A DNA stretch of 64,000 nt, taken from positions 1,888,001-1,952,000 of the forward strand of contig CAVOFT010000001.1 in the NCBI GenBank assembly GCA_963695095.1, in the 5' to 3' direction. Positions 17,202 to 29,794 of this stretch are shown here, piece by piece. Numbering within the stretch: position 1 is the first letter of the stretch; each line of letters begins with the position of its first letter. The position numbers and the translations under genes are program-made. The notes under the pieces were generated by a model. It was not told the origin of the DNA, made no database searches, and saw only the letters and a program-made list of their open reading frames with translations. The stretch comes from an uncultured bacterium (GTDB lineage Bacteria > Krumholzibacteriota > Krumholzibacteriia > JACNKJ01).

Positions 17202-18737
17202 GTGCAGGCAGGGATCGTCATTCTCGACTACGGGTCGCAGTACACCCAGCTCATCGCGCGGCGCATCCGCGAGCTGGAGGTGTTCAGCGTCATCCTGCCC
17301 TGGAACGCGAGCGGCGAGGCCATCCTGGCCCACGCGCCCTGCGGCCTCATTCTATCGGGCGGACCGGCGAGCGTCTACGAAGCGGGGGCGCCCGGAGCGA
17401 ACGCCGCGGCCCTGGCCCTCGGCCTGCCCATCCTGGGCATCTGCTACGGCATGCAGATCCTCGGCCGCGAGCTGGGGGCCACCATCGAGCGCAGCGATCG
17501 CCGGGAGTACGGTCTCGCCGAACTGGACTGCGACACCGAGGCCGCCCTGCTGGCGGGCCTGGACGCGCGGGAACCCGTCTGGATGAGCCACGGCGACAGC
17601 ATGCACGATCTGCCGGCGGGAGCGCGGGCCCTGGCGACGAGTCCGGGCAGCCCGATCTGCGCCTTCGCCCACGCGGAGCGCCGCTACTACGGACTCCAGT
17701 TCCACCCCGAAGTCTCGCACACGCTGCACGGCAGCCAGATCCTGCGCAACTTCGTCTTCGGCATCTGCGGAGCGCGGCCGGTGTGGACGCGCGAGCAGTT
17801 CATCGACTCGACCGTGGAGCGCCTGCGCGCGCAGGTGGGCAGCGAGCGCGTCTTCTGCGCGGTGAGCGGCGGCGTCGATTCGACGGTGCTGGCCGCCTTG
17901 CTCTGCCGGGCGCTCGGCCGCCAGGTCGAGTGCGTCTTCATCGACACGGGACTGCTGCGCAAGCACGAGGGCGATGAAGTGAGCGCGCTGTTCGCGCGCT
18001 ACCTGGACGTCTCCTTCCATCGCATCGACGCCGGACCCGATTTCCTGCGCGCCCTGGGCGGCCTCAGCGATCCGGAGGCGAAGCGCAAGGCCATCGGCCA
18101 CACCTTCATCCGCGTCTTCGAGCGCGTGGCGGCCGGGCTGGGCGATCTGCCCTTCTTGGCCCAGGGCACGCTCTACCCGGACGTCATCGAATCCGTCTCC
18201 ACGGGGGGGCCGAGCGCGACGATCAAGAGCCATCACAACGTGGGCGGTCTGCCCGCGGATCTCGCCTTCACCCTGGTCGAGCCCCTGCGCGAGCTCTTCA
18301 AGGACGAGGTGCGCGAGGTCGGGGCCGTCCTCGGCCTGCCCCGCGACTTCCTCGCCCGCCACCCCTTCCCGGGGCCGGGCCTGGCCGTGCGCATCCTCGG
18401 CGAGGTGAGCCCCGACCGCGTGGCCGTGCTGCAGGAGGCCGATGCCCTCTTCATCGACGAGCTGAAGGCCAGCGGCTGGTACGACAAGGTCTGGCAGGCC
18501 CTGGCCGTGCTGCTGCCGGTGCGCTCGGTGGGCGTGATGGGGGACCTGCGCACCTACGAGAATGTCGTCGCACTGCGCGCGGTGGATTCGCTGGACGGCA
18601 TGACCGCCCGCTGGAGCGAGCTGCCGCATGCCCTGCTCGAGCGCGTGAGCAATCGCATCATCGGCAGCGTGCGCGGCATCAATCGCGTGGTCTACGACAT
18701 CAGTTCCAAGCCGCCGGCCACCATCGAGTGGGAGTGA
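17202..18737 (+). CDS. guaA: GMP synthase (glutamine-hydrolysing)
   Basis: DYGSQY, GICYGMQ, QFHPEV, SGGVDS, IKSHHNVGG, SSKPPATIEWE. Confidence 0.98.
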   Translation: MQAGIVILDYGSQYTQLIARRIRELEVFSVILPWNASGEAILAHAPCGLILSGGPASVYEAGAPGANAAALALGLPILGICYGMQILGRELGATIERSDRREYGLAELDCDTEAALLAGLDAREPVWMSHGDSMHDLPAGARALATSPGSPICAFAHAERRYYGLQFHPEVSHTLHGSQILRNFVFGICGARPVWTREQFIDSTVERLRAQVGSERVFCAVSGGVDSTVLAALLCRALGRQVECVFIDTGLLRKHEGDEVSALFARYLDVSFHRIDAGPDFLRALGGLSDPEAKRKAIGHTFIRVFERVAAGLGDLPFLAQGTLYPDVIESVSTGGPSATIKSHHNVGGLPADLAFTLVEPLRELFKDEVREVGAVLGLPRDFLARHPFPGPGLAVRILGEVSPDRVAVLQEADALFIDELKASGWYDKVWQALAVLLPVRSVGVMGDLRTYENVVALRAVDSLDGMTARWSELPHALLERVSNRIIGSVRGINRVVYDISSKPPATIEWE

Positions 18738-18739
18738 AC

Positions 18740-20080
18740 ATGCACCGCGCCTTCCCGGCCGCCGGCCTCTGGTTCGGCGTTCTGATCTGCGCGGCGGGGC
18801 CGGCGCGCGCCGCCGCCGGCGAGCGGGAGACCAGCTATGTCTACCCGCCCTTCAAGCACACGCTGGGCATGCAGCGCGTGGGCGAGCTGGAGCTCAAGCT
18901 CTTCCTCGGGCCGAGCGCCCGCCTTGACAACCCGCAGGGCCTGGCCGCAGGCAAGCCCGAGAGCCGCGACGATGCCAGGACGGAGCGCGACGACGATGAG
19001 CTGAGTCTGTTCCTCGTCAACTCGGGGCGGGGCGAGATCATCTACAACCCCTCGCAGACCAGCCTCAAGCGCTTCGGCCGCAGCGGCAGCGGCCCGGGCG
19101 AGTTCGCGGGGGCCCGCGGCATCGCCGTCGATCGCAGTGGGATCGTCGCGGTGGCCGACACGGGCAATCGGCGCCTCGTCCTGCTCCGGCTCGGCCCCGA
19201 CGAGCTGATCTGGGAAACGGCGATCACCCGCGCCGACCGGGCCTTCAGCCCGACGGCCGTCGCCTTCGCCGGCGGGCTGCTCTGGGCCACGGACTATGCC
19301 AGGGGCCGCATCCTGCGCTTCCAGCCGGAGGGAACCTGGCTGGACGTCTGGCCCCTGGCCGCGCCGGCCACGCTCGAGGGGCCCTTGGCGCTGGCCGTGC
19401 AGGCGAAGGGCGATCCCTGGAATCAAGCGGGGCAGTTCACCCTGGCGGTGGTGGACCAGGGCGGCGCGCGCCTGTCCTGTTTCGACGAGGCGGGCGCCCT
19501 GCGCGCGCAGGCGCGGGTGGCCGATCTGGTGCCGGGCCCGGCCAGTCTCGGCTATCCGGTCATCGACCTGCACGGACAGATCATCGTGCCCGACTCCACG
19601 GGCGGGCGCCTGATCAAGCTGGATCCCGAACTGCGCGTCCTGGACGTGCTCGACCATATCGACAACGACGATCGCCCCCTGCAACGTCCCAATTCGCTGG
19701 CCCTGTACCGCCGCTTCGGCCAGCTCTTCATCGTCGAGGCCCGCGGCGGCTCCTACGCCTGGACGGGCACCAAGCTCAGCGCCCTGCGCGCGGTCAGGGT
19801 GGACGGCCAGGGCAAGCCGGGTCTGCAGGTCGACTATCAGCTCAGCGAACCCAGCCTCATCAGCGTCGAACTGCTCGTCGGCGGCCAGGCGCGCGAGCTG
19901 ATGCCTGCGCGGCGGCGCGGGGCCGGCGAGCGCCGCGAATGGCTGGCGTTGCCGGCGGACGCGGGGCCGCAGGCGATTCTCGTCGTCAAGGCGCGGCCGA
20001 CCTACTCGGCCCAGCAGCAGCTCACGGTGGAGCGACGCCTGCCCTTGCCGCCGGCGCCGCGCGCCGGCGGGGGTGACTAG
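18740..20080 (+). CDS. Secreted NHL-repeat / beta-propeller protein
   Basis: Signal peptide; FGRSGSGPGEFAGARGIAVD...VADTGNRR NHL repeat; further P..LA repeats. Confidence 0.75.
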   Translation: MHRAFPAAGLWFGVLICAAGPARAAAGERETSYVYPPFKHTLGMQRVGELELKLFLGPSARLDNPQGLAAGKPESRDDARTERDDDELSLFLVNSGRGEIIYNPSQTSLKRFGRSGSGPGEFAGARGIAVDRSGIVAVADTGNRRLVLLRLGPDELIWETAITRADRAFSPTAVAFAGGLLWATDYARGRILRFQPEGTWLDVWPLAAPATLEGPLALAVQAKGDPWNQAGQFTLAVVDQGGARLSCFDEAGALRAQARVADLVPGPASLGYPVIDLHGQIIVPDSTGGRLIKLDPELRVLDVLDHIDNDDRPLQRPNSLALYRRFGQLFIVEARGGSYAWTGTKLSALRAVRVDGQGKPGLQVDYQLSEPSLISVELLVGGQARELMPARRRGAGERREWLALPADAGPQAILVVKARPTYSAQQQLTVERRLPLPPAPRAGGGD

Positions 20081-20083
20081 GCG

Positions 20084-20668
20084 ATGGCCCCGCCCCGCGC
20101 CGGCTGGCGAGCCGAGGGCCTGCGCAAGAGCGTGCACCTGGCGACGGTGCTCATCCCCCTCGCGGTCTGGTTCCTGCCGCCGCGCCTCTGGCGCTGGCCG
20201 CTGGTGGGCCTGACGGTCGGCGTGCTCGCGATCGATTTCACGCGCCTCGGTGCGCCGCGCTTCGGTCGCTTCGTGCGCGCGCTGGCGGGCGACGCCCTGC
20301 GGCGGCACGAGCGCAAGGAACTCTCGGGCTCGAGCTATCTGGCGCTGGGCGTCCTGCTGGCCGCGCTGGTCTTTCCGCGGCCGGTGGCCGTGGCGGCCAT
20401 GGGCTACCTGATCCTCGGCGACGGACTCGCGGGCCTGGTGGGACGCAGTTTCGGGCGCCGGCCCCTGGCCTTCGGCAAGAGCCTGGAAGGCACCGCGGCC
20501 GGCCTGGCCGCGAATCTGCTGGTGGGCCTGCTCACGGTGCACGAACTGCCGGCCGTCCTGCTCGGCGCCGGCGTGGCATCGGCTGTGGAATTGCTGCCCT
20601 TGCCCCTGGACGACAACCTGGCCATCCCCCTCGTCAGCGGCACCATCCTCTGGTGGGCCCTGCTGTGA
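20084..20668 (+). CDS. Phytol/dolichol kinase-like (CTP-dependent) membrane protein
   Basis: RKSVH, GDGLAGLVG..FG, GKSLEG, DDNL..P. Confidence 0.85.
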   Translation: MAPPRAGWRAEGLRKSVHLATVLIPLAVWFLPPRLWRWPLVGLTVGVLAIDFTRLGAPRFGRFVRALAGDALRRHERKELSGSSYLALGVLLAALVFPRPVAVAAMGYLILGDGLAGLVGRSFGRRPLAFGKSLEGTAAGLAANLLVGLLTVHELPAVLLGAGVASAVELLPLPLDDNLAIPLVSGTILWWALL

Positions 20669-20704
20669 GGCGGCGCCTGGCCTCAGCGCTCGGGAGCCGC
20701 CGCC

Positions 20705-21403
20705 GTGTCTGAAGCGAAGTTCCGACCCTACACGGAGTACCGGGAACTGCCGCCGGCCGCGATGCGGGAGCGGGCGCGCGAATTTCGCGAGGAGCTGAGC
20801 CGGCGCCGCAGCGTGCGCCAGTTCTCGCCGCGGCCCGTTCCCCTGGAGTTGATCGCCGACTGCCTGGGCGCCGCGGGTAGCGCCCCCAGCGGCGCCAATC
20901 GCCAGCCCTGGCACTTCGCGGTGGTCAGCGATGCCGCCCTCAAGCGGCGCCTGCGCGAGGCGGCCGAGGCGGAGGAGCGCGCCTTCTACGCGGAGCGCGC
21001 CCCGCGCGAGTGGCTGGAGGCGCTCGGGCCCCTGGGCACGGATGCCGACAAGCCCTTCCTCGAGACCGCGCCCTTCCTGATCGCGATCTTCGCTCGCCGC
21101 TGGGAGGCGCCGCCGGAGGGCGGGCGCCTGCCGAACTACTACGTGAACGAGTCGGTGGGCATCGCCACCGGTCTGCTCATCGCCGCGCTGCACCGGGCCG
21201 GTCTTGCCACCCTGACGCACACGCCGAGCCCGATGGGTTTCCTCGCCGAGCTGCTCGGGCGGCCGGCCGCGGAGCGGCCCTACCTGCTGCTGGTCACCGG
21301 CTATCCCGAGGCCGGCGTCCAGGTGCCGGACATCGGGCGCAAGGGGCTGGCCGAGATCGCGAGCCTGGACGGGGGCGCCTTCCCGGAGGAAGCCGGGCGC
21401 TGA
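20705..21403 (+). CDS. Nitroreductase-family protein, iodotyrosine deiodinase (IYD)-like
   Basis: [53 protein letters not shown]. Confidence 0.85.
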   Translation: MSEAKFRPYTEYRELPPAAMRERAREFREELSRRRSVRQFSPRPVPLELIADCLGAAGSAPSGANRQPWHFAVVSDAALKRRLREAAEAEERAFYAERAPREWLEALGPLGTDADKPFLETAPFLIAIFARRWEAPPEGGRLPNYYVNESVGIATGLLIAALHRAGLATLTHTPSPMGFLAELLGRPAAERPYLLLVTGYPEAGVQVPDIGRKGLAEIASLDGGAFPEEAGR

Positions 21404-21526
21404 TCGAGGGCGGCCGGCGCGAGCGGGCCGCTGCGGACGGGAGCCCCGCGCCCGGGGCGATCGCTAGGCGCTGCAGGCACTTGGCGGCGAGGGCGGGGCA
21501 TTGCCAGGGCGCTGGGCGCCCCCGGT

Positions 21527-21555
21527 TTGACAGCCGGGGCCGCCGCCCTTACATT
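21527..21555 (+). promoter_or_regulatory. Putative sigma70 promoter for secA
   Basis: TTGACA-17 nt-TACATT. Confidence 0.7.
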
Positions 21556-21602
21556 GGCTGCGCCTAAATGATGCAATTCCAAGCTGATGAGGTGTGGATC
21601 CC

Positions 21603-24638
<3,036 letters not shown>

Positions 24639-24666
24639 ACAGCGCCGGCCGCGGGAAATTGGGGGC

Positions 24667-24695
24667 TGGACGGAGTGCAGGTCTGATGCTAGCTT
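24667..24695 (+). promoter_or_regulatory. Putative extended -10 sigma70 promoter for smg-topA
   Basis: TGGACG-17 nt-TAGCTT, with TGC before the -10 box. Confidence 0.5.
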
Positions 24696-24723
24696 GCCGC
24701 GCAACCCGGGGAGCGATGAGGGT

Positions 24724-25158
24724 ATGCAGAAGCGCTTGAAGGAAATCGTGATCTACATCTTGGAGCACGGCAGCGGGCTCGCGCCGGACCAGCGGGCGCA
24801 ACTCGAGCGCATGCGGGGCGAGTTGTCGGCGGCCGGCCTGCCGGAGGCCGCCATCGAAGCCGCCATCCACGAGATCCTCGAACTCGGCGTGGGCCGCGGC
24901 CGCCGCGAGAGCGGCGCGGCCGGCGGCATGGCGATGGCCCAGACGGCGCAGGGCTACCTGCAGCGCCTGGTCAATCTCGGCCTCATCGACGAGGAGCAGC
25001 GCGAGGAGCTGATCGAGCGGGCGCGCCGGGTCCATCCGGGCGGGGCCAGTCTCGACGACATCCAGTTCCTGGCCGCCTCCCTCATCTTCGATGAGAGCCT
25101 CGGCATCATCTGGGGTTGGGACGGCGAGATCCAGACCTCCGCACACCCCCTCCACTGA
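24724..25158 (+). CDS. smg: Smg / DUF494-family protein
   Basis: EIVIYILE, L.AAG..E..I..A, GYL..L..LGLI...QREELIER, ends LH; lies before topA. Confidence 0.75.
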   Translation: MQKRLKEIVIYILEHGSGLAPDQRAQLERMRGELSAAGLPEAAIEAAIHEILELGVGRGRRESGAAGGMAMAQTAQGYLQRLVNLGLIDEEQREELIERARRVHPGGASLDDIQFLAASLIFDESLGIIWGWDGEIQTSAHPLH

Positions 25159-25176
25159 GCCTCCGGAGCGACCGGC

Positions 25177-27474
25177 ATGTCCCAGAAGCTGCTCATCGTC
25201 GAGAGCCCCACGAAGGCACGTACGTTCCAGAAGTACCTCGGGCGCGGCTACATCATCAAGGCCAGCAAGGGCCATGTGGTGGACCTGCCCAAGAGCAAGC
25301 TGGGCATCGATCTCGAGAACGGTTTCGAGCCGCAGTACGTGACGATTCGCGGCAAGGGCAAGGTCATCAAGGAGCTCGAGCTGGCGGCGCGCAAGGTGGA
25401 CGAGGTGCTGCTGGCCACCGATCCCGACCGCGAAGGGGAGGCGATCGCCTGGCATCTCAAGCAGCATCTCGAGCGCCGGCAGCCGAACATTCGCCGCGTT
25501 CTGCTCAATGAGATCACGAAGGAGGCCATCGCCGAGGCCGTCAAGCACCCCGGCGAGGTGGACCTGCGCAAGGTGGAGGCCCAGCAGGCGCGGCGCGTGC
25601 TGGACCGGCTGGTCGGCTACCAGATCAGTCCCTTGCTCTGGAAGATCTTCTACTACGGGCTCAGCGCGGGCCGCGTGCAGAGCGTGGCGCTGCGCCTCAT
25701 CGTGGAGCGCGAGGAGGAGCGGCGGCGCTTCGTGCGTGAGGAGTACTGGTCCCTGCGCGGCGAGTTCACGGGCGCGGCGGGTCAGCCCTTCGAGGGCAAG
25801 CTGATCAAGTGGCGCGGGGAAGAGCCCAAGCTGGCCGATGCCGACACGGCGCGCTCGGTGCTGGCGGCCCTCGGCGTGGCGCCGGCGGCGCTCAGCGCGG
25901 CGAGCGACGAGGCGCTGGGCGCCGGCGACCAGCTGCTGCCGGTGGGGACGAGCCCGGCCTACCGCGTGGCGGCGGTGGAGCGCAAGCAGCGCCGGCGTTC
26001 GCCCGAGCCGCCCTACATCACCAGCACCCTGCAGCGCGATGCCAGCAGCAAGCTGGGCTTCACGGCCCGGCGCACGATGATGCTCGCCCAGCAGCTCTAC
26101 GAGGGGCTCGACCTGGGCGAGGAGGGCGCCGTCGGCCTGATCACCTACATGCGCACCGACTCCACCCGCATCGCCGACAGCGCGCGGGCCGAGCACCGCG
26201 AGTACGTGCTGGAACAGTTCGGAGCGGACTACATGCCGCCGCAGCCGCGGCAGTTCAAGGTAAAGGCCGGCGCGCAGGATGCCCACGAGGCCATCCGGCC
26301 CACCAGCGTGGCGCGCAGCCCGGAGTCCCTGCGCAGCTACCTTGGCAAGGACCAGCTCGCCGTGTATCGGCTGATCTGGCAGCGCTACATGGCCAGCCTG
26401 ATGGCGGAGGCCCGCTTCGAGGCGACGGGCGTGGACATCCATTGTTCCGACGCGGTTTTTCGGGCGACGGGCAGCCGCCTGCTCTTCGACGGTTACCGGC
26501 GGGTGCTCGGCCCCGCACGGGGTAGCAAGGCCGAGGAGGCGGGCGGCAACGGCGACGGCGAGCGCCTCTTGCCGGCCATCGAGGAGGGCGAGACGCTGAC
26601 GGCGGCCCTGGCCCCTCGCCAGCATTTCACGGAGCCGCCGCCGCGCTATTCCGAGAGCAGCCTGATCAAGGAACTCGAGGAGCGCGGCATCGGGCGGCCG
26701 AGCACCTATGCGAGCATCGTCGGCACCATCCAGGGCCGCGACTACCTCATCCTCGACGACAGCCGGCGCTTCCAGCCCACCGAACTGGGGGAGAGCGTCT
26801 GGAAGGTGCTGGCCGAGGGCTTCCCCAAGCTCTTCGAAGTGGGCTTCACGGCGCGCATGGAGGCGGAACTGGACAAGGTCGAGGAGGGCGACGCGGCGTG
26901 GCGGGACGTCGTCGGCCATCTCTACACGCCGATGAAGCGGGCCCTGGACGCCGTGGAGAAGCGCACCGATCATCTGCGCGAGGCCATCCGCGAGGAGACC
27001 GGCGAACCCTGCGAGAAGTGCGGCCGGCCCATGATCAAGACCTGGGGCCGCAACGGCCGCTTCATGGCCTGCAGCGGCTACCCGGAGTGCCGCAACTCCA
27101 GGCCCCTGGAGGCGCCGACGGCGGCGGGCGATCAGCAGTGTCCCGAGTGCGGCGCGCAGATGATGGTGCGCGTGGGCCGCTTCGGCCGCTTCGCGGCCTG
27201 CTCGCGCTATCCGGACTGCAAGGGCACCGCCCCGCTGGAGATCGGCGTCGGCTGTCCTCGCGAAGCCTGCAGCGGTCGCCTCGTGGAGAAGCGCAGCAAG
27301 CGGGGACGCACCTTCTACGGCTGCAATCGCTATCCCGACTGCGATTTCGCGAGCTGGAGCAAGCCCGTCGCCGCCCCCTGCCCCGATTGCGGAGGCCTGG
27401 TGGTGGAGAAGGCGAGCAAGGCCAAGGGCAGCTTCCAGCAGTGCACACTCTGCAAGCTGGAGATCCCCGAATAG
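25177..27474 (+). CDS. topA: DNA topoisomerase I with C-terminal zinc ribbons
   Basis: IVESPTKA, ATDPDREGEAI, SAGRVQS, ITYMRTDS, AHEAIRPT, GIGRPSTY, repeated C4 motifs. Confidence 0.98.
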   Translation: MSQKLLIVESPTKARTFQKYLGRGYIIKASKGHVVDLPKSKLGIDLENGFEPQYVTIRGKGKVIKELELAARKVDEVLLATDPDREGEAIAWHLKQHLERRQPNIRRVLLNEITKEAIAEAVKHPGEVDLRKVEAQQARRVLDRLVGYQISPLLWKIFYYGLSAGRVQSVALRLIVEREEERRRFVREEYWSLRGEFTGAAGQPFEGKLIKWRGEEPKLADADTARSVLAALGVAPAALSAASDEALGAGDQLLPVGTSPAYRVAAVERKQRRRSPEPPYITSTLQRDASSKLGFTARRTMMLAQQLYEGLDLGEEGAVGLITYMRTDSTRIADSARAEHREYVLEQFGADYMPPQPRQFKVKAGAQDAHEAIRPTSVARSPESLRSYLGKDQLAVYRLIWQRYMASLMAEARFEATGVDIHCSDAVFRATGSRLLFDGYRRVLGPARGSKAEEAGGNGDGERLLPAIEEGETLTAALAPRQHFTEPPPRYSESSLIKELEERGIGRPSTYASIVGTIQGRDYLILDDSRRFQPTELGESVWKVLAEGFPKLFEVGFTARMEAELDKVEEGDAAWRDVVGHLYTPMKRALDAVEKRTDHLREAIREETGEPCEKCGRPMIKTWGRNGRFMACSGYPECRNSRPLEAPTAAGDQQCPECGAQMMVRVGRFGRFAACSRYPDCKGTAPLEIGVGCPREACSGRLVEKRSKRGRTFYGCNRYPDCDFASWSKPVAAPCPDCGGLVVEKASKAKGSFQQCTLCKLEIPE

Positions 27475-27475
27475 C

Positions 27476-28801
27476 TTGAGCGAGCCCGTCCTCATCATCG
27501 GGGCCGGCCTCGCCGGCTGCGAGGCCGCGCTGGCGCTCGCGGCGGCGGGCGTGCCCGTGCGCCTCTGCGAGCAGAAGCCCGGGCGGCGCTCGCCGGCGCA
27601 CCGTCTCGATGGACCCGCCGAACTCGTCTGCAGCAATTCGCTCAAGTCGATCCGTCTGGATAGCGCCAGCGGGCTGCTCAAGGAGGAGATGCGCCGCCTG
27701 GGCAGTCGCCTGCTACCCCTGGCCGAGAGCTGCGCGCTGCCCGCAGGGGCGGCCCTGGCGGTGGAGCCCGCCGTCTTCAGCGCGCGGGTGGCGGCGGCCC
27801 TGGCCGCAGCGCCGGGCATCGAGCGCTGCGCCGGGGAGCAGACCGAGCTGCCCGCGGCGGGCCTGGCCATCGTGGCCACGGGCCCCCTGACGAGCCCCGC
27901 CCTCAGCGCCGCCATCGAGGGCCACTTCGGCCAGAGCCGTCTGAGCTTCTACGATGCCATCGCGCCCAGCGTCACCCGCGAGAGCCTGGACGATGCCGCC
28001 CTCTTCAGCGCGAGCCGCTACGACAAGGGCGAGGCGGACTACCTCAACGCCCCTCTGGACGCCGAGGCCTACGCCGCCTTCACCGCGGCCCTGGCCGCGG
28101 CGGAGCCCTATCCGGCCAAGGACTTCGAACAGGGCGTGCCCTACTTCGAGGCCTGTCTCCCGGTGGAAGTGATCGCGGCGCGGGGGGCGGAGTCCCTGCG
28201 CTTCGGTCCGCTGCGGCCCGTGGGTCTGCGCGACCCGGTCAGCGGCCGGCGGCCCCACGCCGTGCTGCAACTGCGCCGCGAGAATGCCGCGGGCACGATC
28301 TGGGGCCTGGTCGGCTGCCAGACCCGCCTGCGCATCGGCGATCAGGAGCGCATCTTTCGCCTGGTGCCGGCCCTCGCCAGCGCCGAGTTCGTGCGCCATG
28401 GGGCGATGCACCGCAATTTCTTCCTCGACTTTCCCCGCACGCTCACCCCCTGCCAGGAGAGCCGGCGCCAAGCGGGACTCTTCTTCGCGGGGCAGATGAC
28501 GGGCGTCGAGGGCTACGTGGAGTCCATGGCCAGCGGCCTGCTGGCCGCCCGGCAGGTGCTGGCCCGCCTGGCGGGCCAGGAGCCGTCGCTGCCGCCCGCC
28601 GAAACCTTGCTGGGCGCGCTGATGCGCTTCCTGGCGGGGCAGGCGCCCGGCGGCGCGCAGCCGATGAACGCGGCCTTCGGCCTGCTGCCGCCGCTGGCGG
28701 GGCGGCTGCCCGGCAAGTCCGCCCGCAAACAGGCCTACGCGGAGCGCAGCCTGGCCGCCCTCGACGCTTACCTGCAGGAAGCGCGAGACTTGCAGGCCTG
28801 A
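27476..28801 (+). CDS. trmFO: Folate/FAD-dependent tRNA m5U54 methyltransferase
   Basis: IGAGLAGCEAA, AELVCSNS, ATGPLTS, FYDAIAP, LRFGP, HRN, AGQMTGVEGYVES. Confidence 0.95.
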   Translation: MSEPVLIIGAGLAGCEAALALAAAGVPVRLCEQKPGRRSPAHRLDGPAELVCSNSLKSIRLDSASGLLKEEMRRLGSRLLPLAESCALPAGAALAVEPAVFSARVAAALAAAPGIERCAGEQTELPAAGLAIVATGPLTSPALSAAIEGHFGQSRLSFYDAIAPSVTRESLDDAALFSASRYDKGEADYLNAPLDAEAYAAFTAALAAAEPYPAKDFEQGVPYFEACLPVEVIAARGAESLRFGPLRPVGLRDPVSGRRPHAVLQLRRENAAGTIWGLVGCQTRLRIGDQERIFRLVPALASAEFVRHGAMHRNFFLDFPRTLTPCQESRRQAGLFFAGQMTGVEGYVESMASGLLAARQVLARLAGQEPSLPPAETLLGALMRFLAGQAPGGAQPMNAAFGLLPPLAGRLPGKSARKQAYAERSLAALDAYLQEARDLQA

Positions 28802-28818
28802 GGGCGCTCTGCTAGTTT
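28790..28818 (+). promoter_or_regulatory. Putative extended -10 promoter for xerC (likely leaderless)
   Basis: TTGCAG-17 nt-TAGTTT with TGC extension; the GTG start begins 7 nt after the -10 box. Confidence 0.55.
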
Positions 28819-28824
28819 CCCGCC

Positions 28825-29736
28825 GTGCCAGACCTCCTCGATGATTTCTTGCGCTACCTGGCCGTGGAGCGGGCCTGCTCGGAACACACCGTGCAGGCCT
28901 ATCGCCGCGATGTCTCCCAGTACCTGAGCTTCCTCGACTTCCAGGGCGATCCCGCCGAACTCGCGGTGGATCGCCAGCGCCTGCGGCGCTTCCTGGCGCT
29001 GGTGCGCAGGGACGCCTTCGCCCCGGAACAGGGGCGCCGGCGCAAGGCGGCCCTGAGCGAGCGCAGCCTGGCCCGGAAGCTCTCGGCGCTCCGCGCCTTC
29101 TATCGCTGGCTGAACCGGCGGGGGCTGCTGGCCGCGGATCCCTCGCGCCTGGTCGATGCGCCGCGCCTGGGCCGGCCGCTGCCCGTCTTCGCCGAGGAGG
29201 GCTGGGTGCACCGCATGATGGGCCTGCCGGACACGGCGACGCGGCGCGGTCTGCGCGATCGGGCGCTGCTGGAGCTGCTCTACGGGGCGGGCCTGCGCCT
29301 GGCGGAACTGCGGGGCCTGGCCCGGGACGACGTCGACCTGCGCGGGGAGCTGCTGCGCGTGCACGGCAAGGGCAACAAGGAGCGCCTCGTTCCGCTGCAG
29401 GGAGAGGCCCGGCGCTGGCTCGAGCGCTGGTTGGCGGTGGCGGCGCCGCAGGGCGCCGCAGCGGTCTTCGGGGGGCGCGGCGCCGATGGCGCGCTGGCCC
29501 GCCGCAGCGTGCAGCGCATCGTCGAGAAGTACCTCGGGCAGGTGGCCAGCTTGGCGCGGGTGAGTCCCCACGTGCTGCGCCACAGCTTCGCGACCCACCT
29601 CCTGGAGCGGGGCGCCGACCTGCGCTCGATCCAGGAGATGCTGGGCCACGCCAGCTTGACGAGCACGCAGGTCTACACGCACGTGAGCACGGAGAAACTG
29701 AAGGCGGTGCACCGCAAGGCGCATCCGCGCGGATGA
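28825..29736 (+). CDS. xerC: Tyrosine recombinase XerC
   Basis: SEHTVQAYRRD, RDRALLELLYGAGLR, GKGNKER, PHVLRHSFATH, LGHASLTSTQVYTH, HPR; topA-trmFO-xerC synteny. Confidence 0.9.
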   Translation: MPDLLDDFLRYLAVERACSEHTVQAYRRDVSQYLSFLDFQGDPAELAVDRQRLRRFLALVRRDAFAPEQGRRRKAALSERSLARKLSALRAFYRWLNRRGLLAADPSRLVDAPRLGRPLPVFAEEGWVHRMMGLPDTATRRGLRDRALLELLYGAGLRLAELRGLARDDVDLRGELLRVHGKGNKERLVPLQGEARRWLERWLAVAAPQGAAAVFGGRGADGALARRSVQRIVEKYLGQVASLARVSPHVLRHSFATHLLERGADLRSIQEMLGHASLTSTQVYTHVSTEKLKAVHRKAHPRG

Positions 29737-29794
29737 TCGCATCGCGCCGCCCGCGCCGTGGGCAGCGCGCACGCCAGCAGAGGGAGGAACGGTC

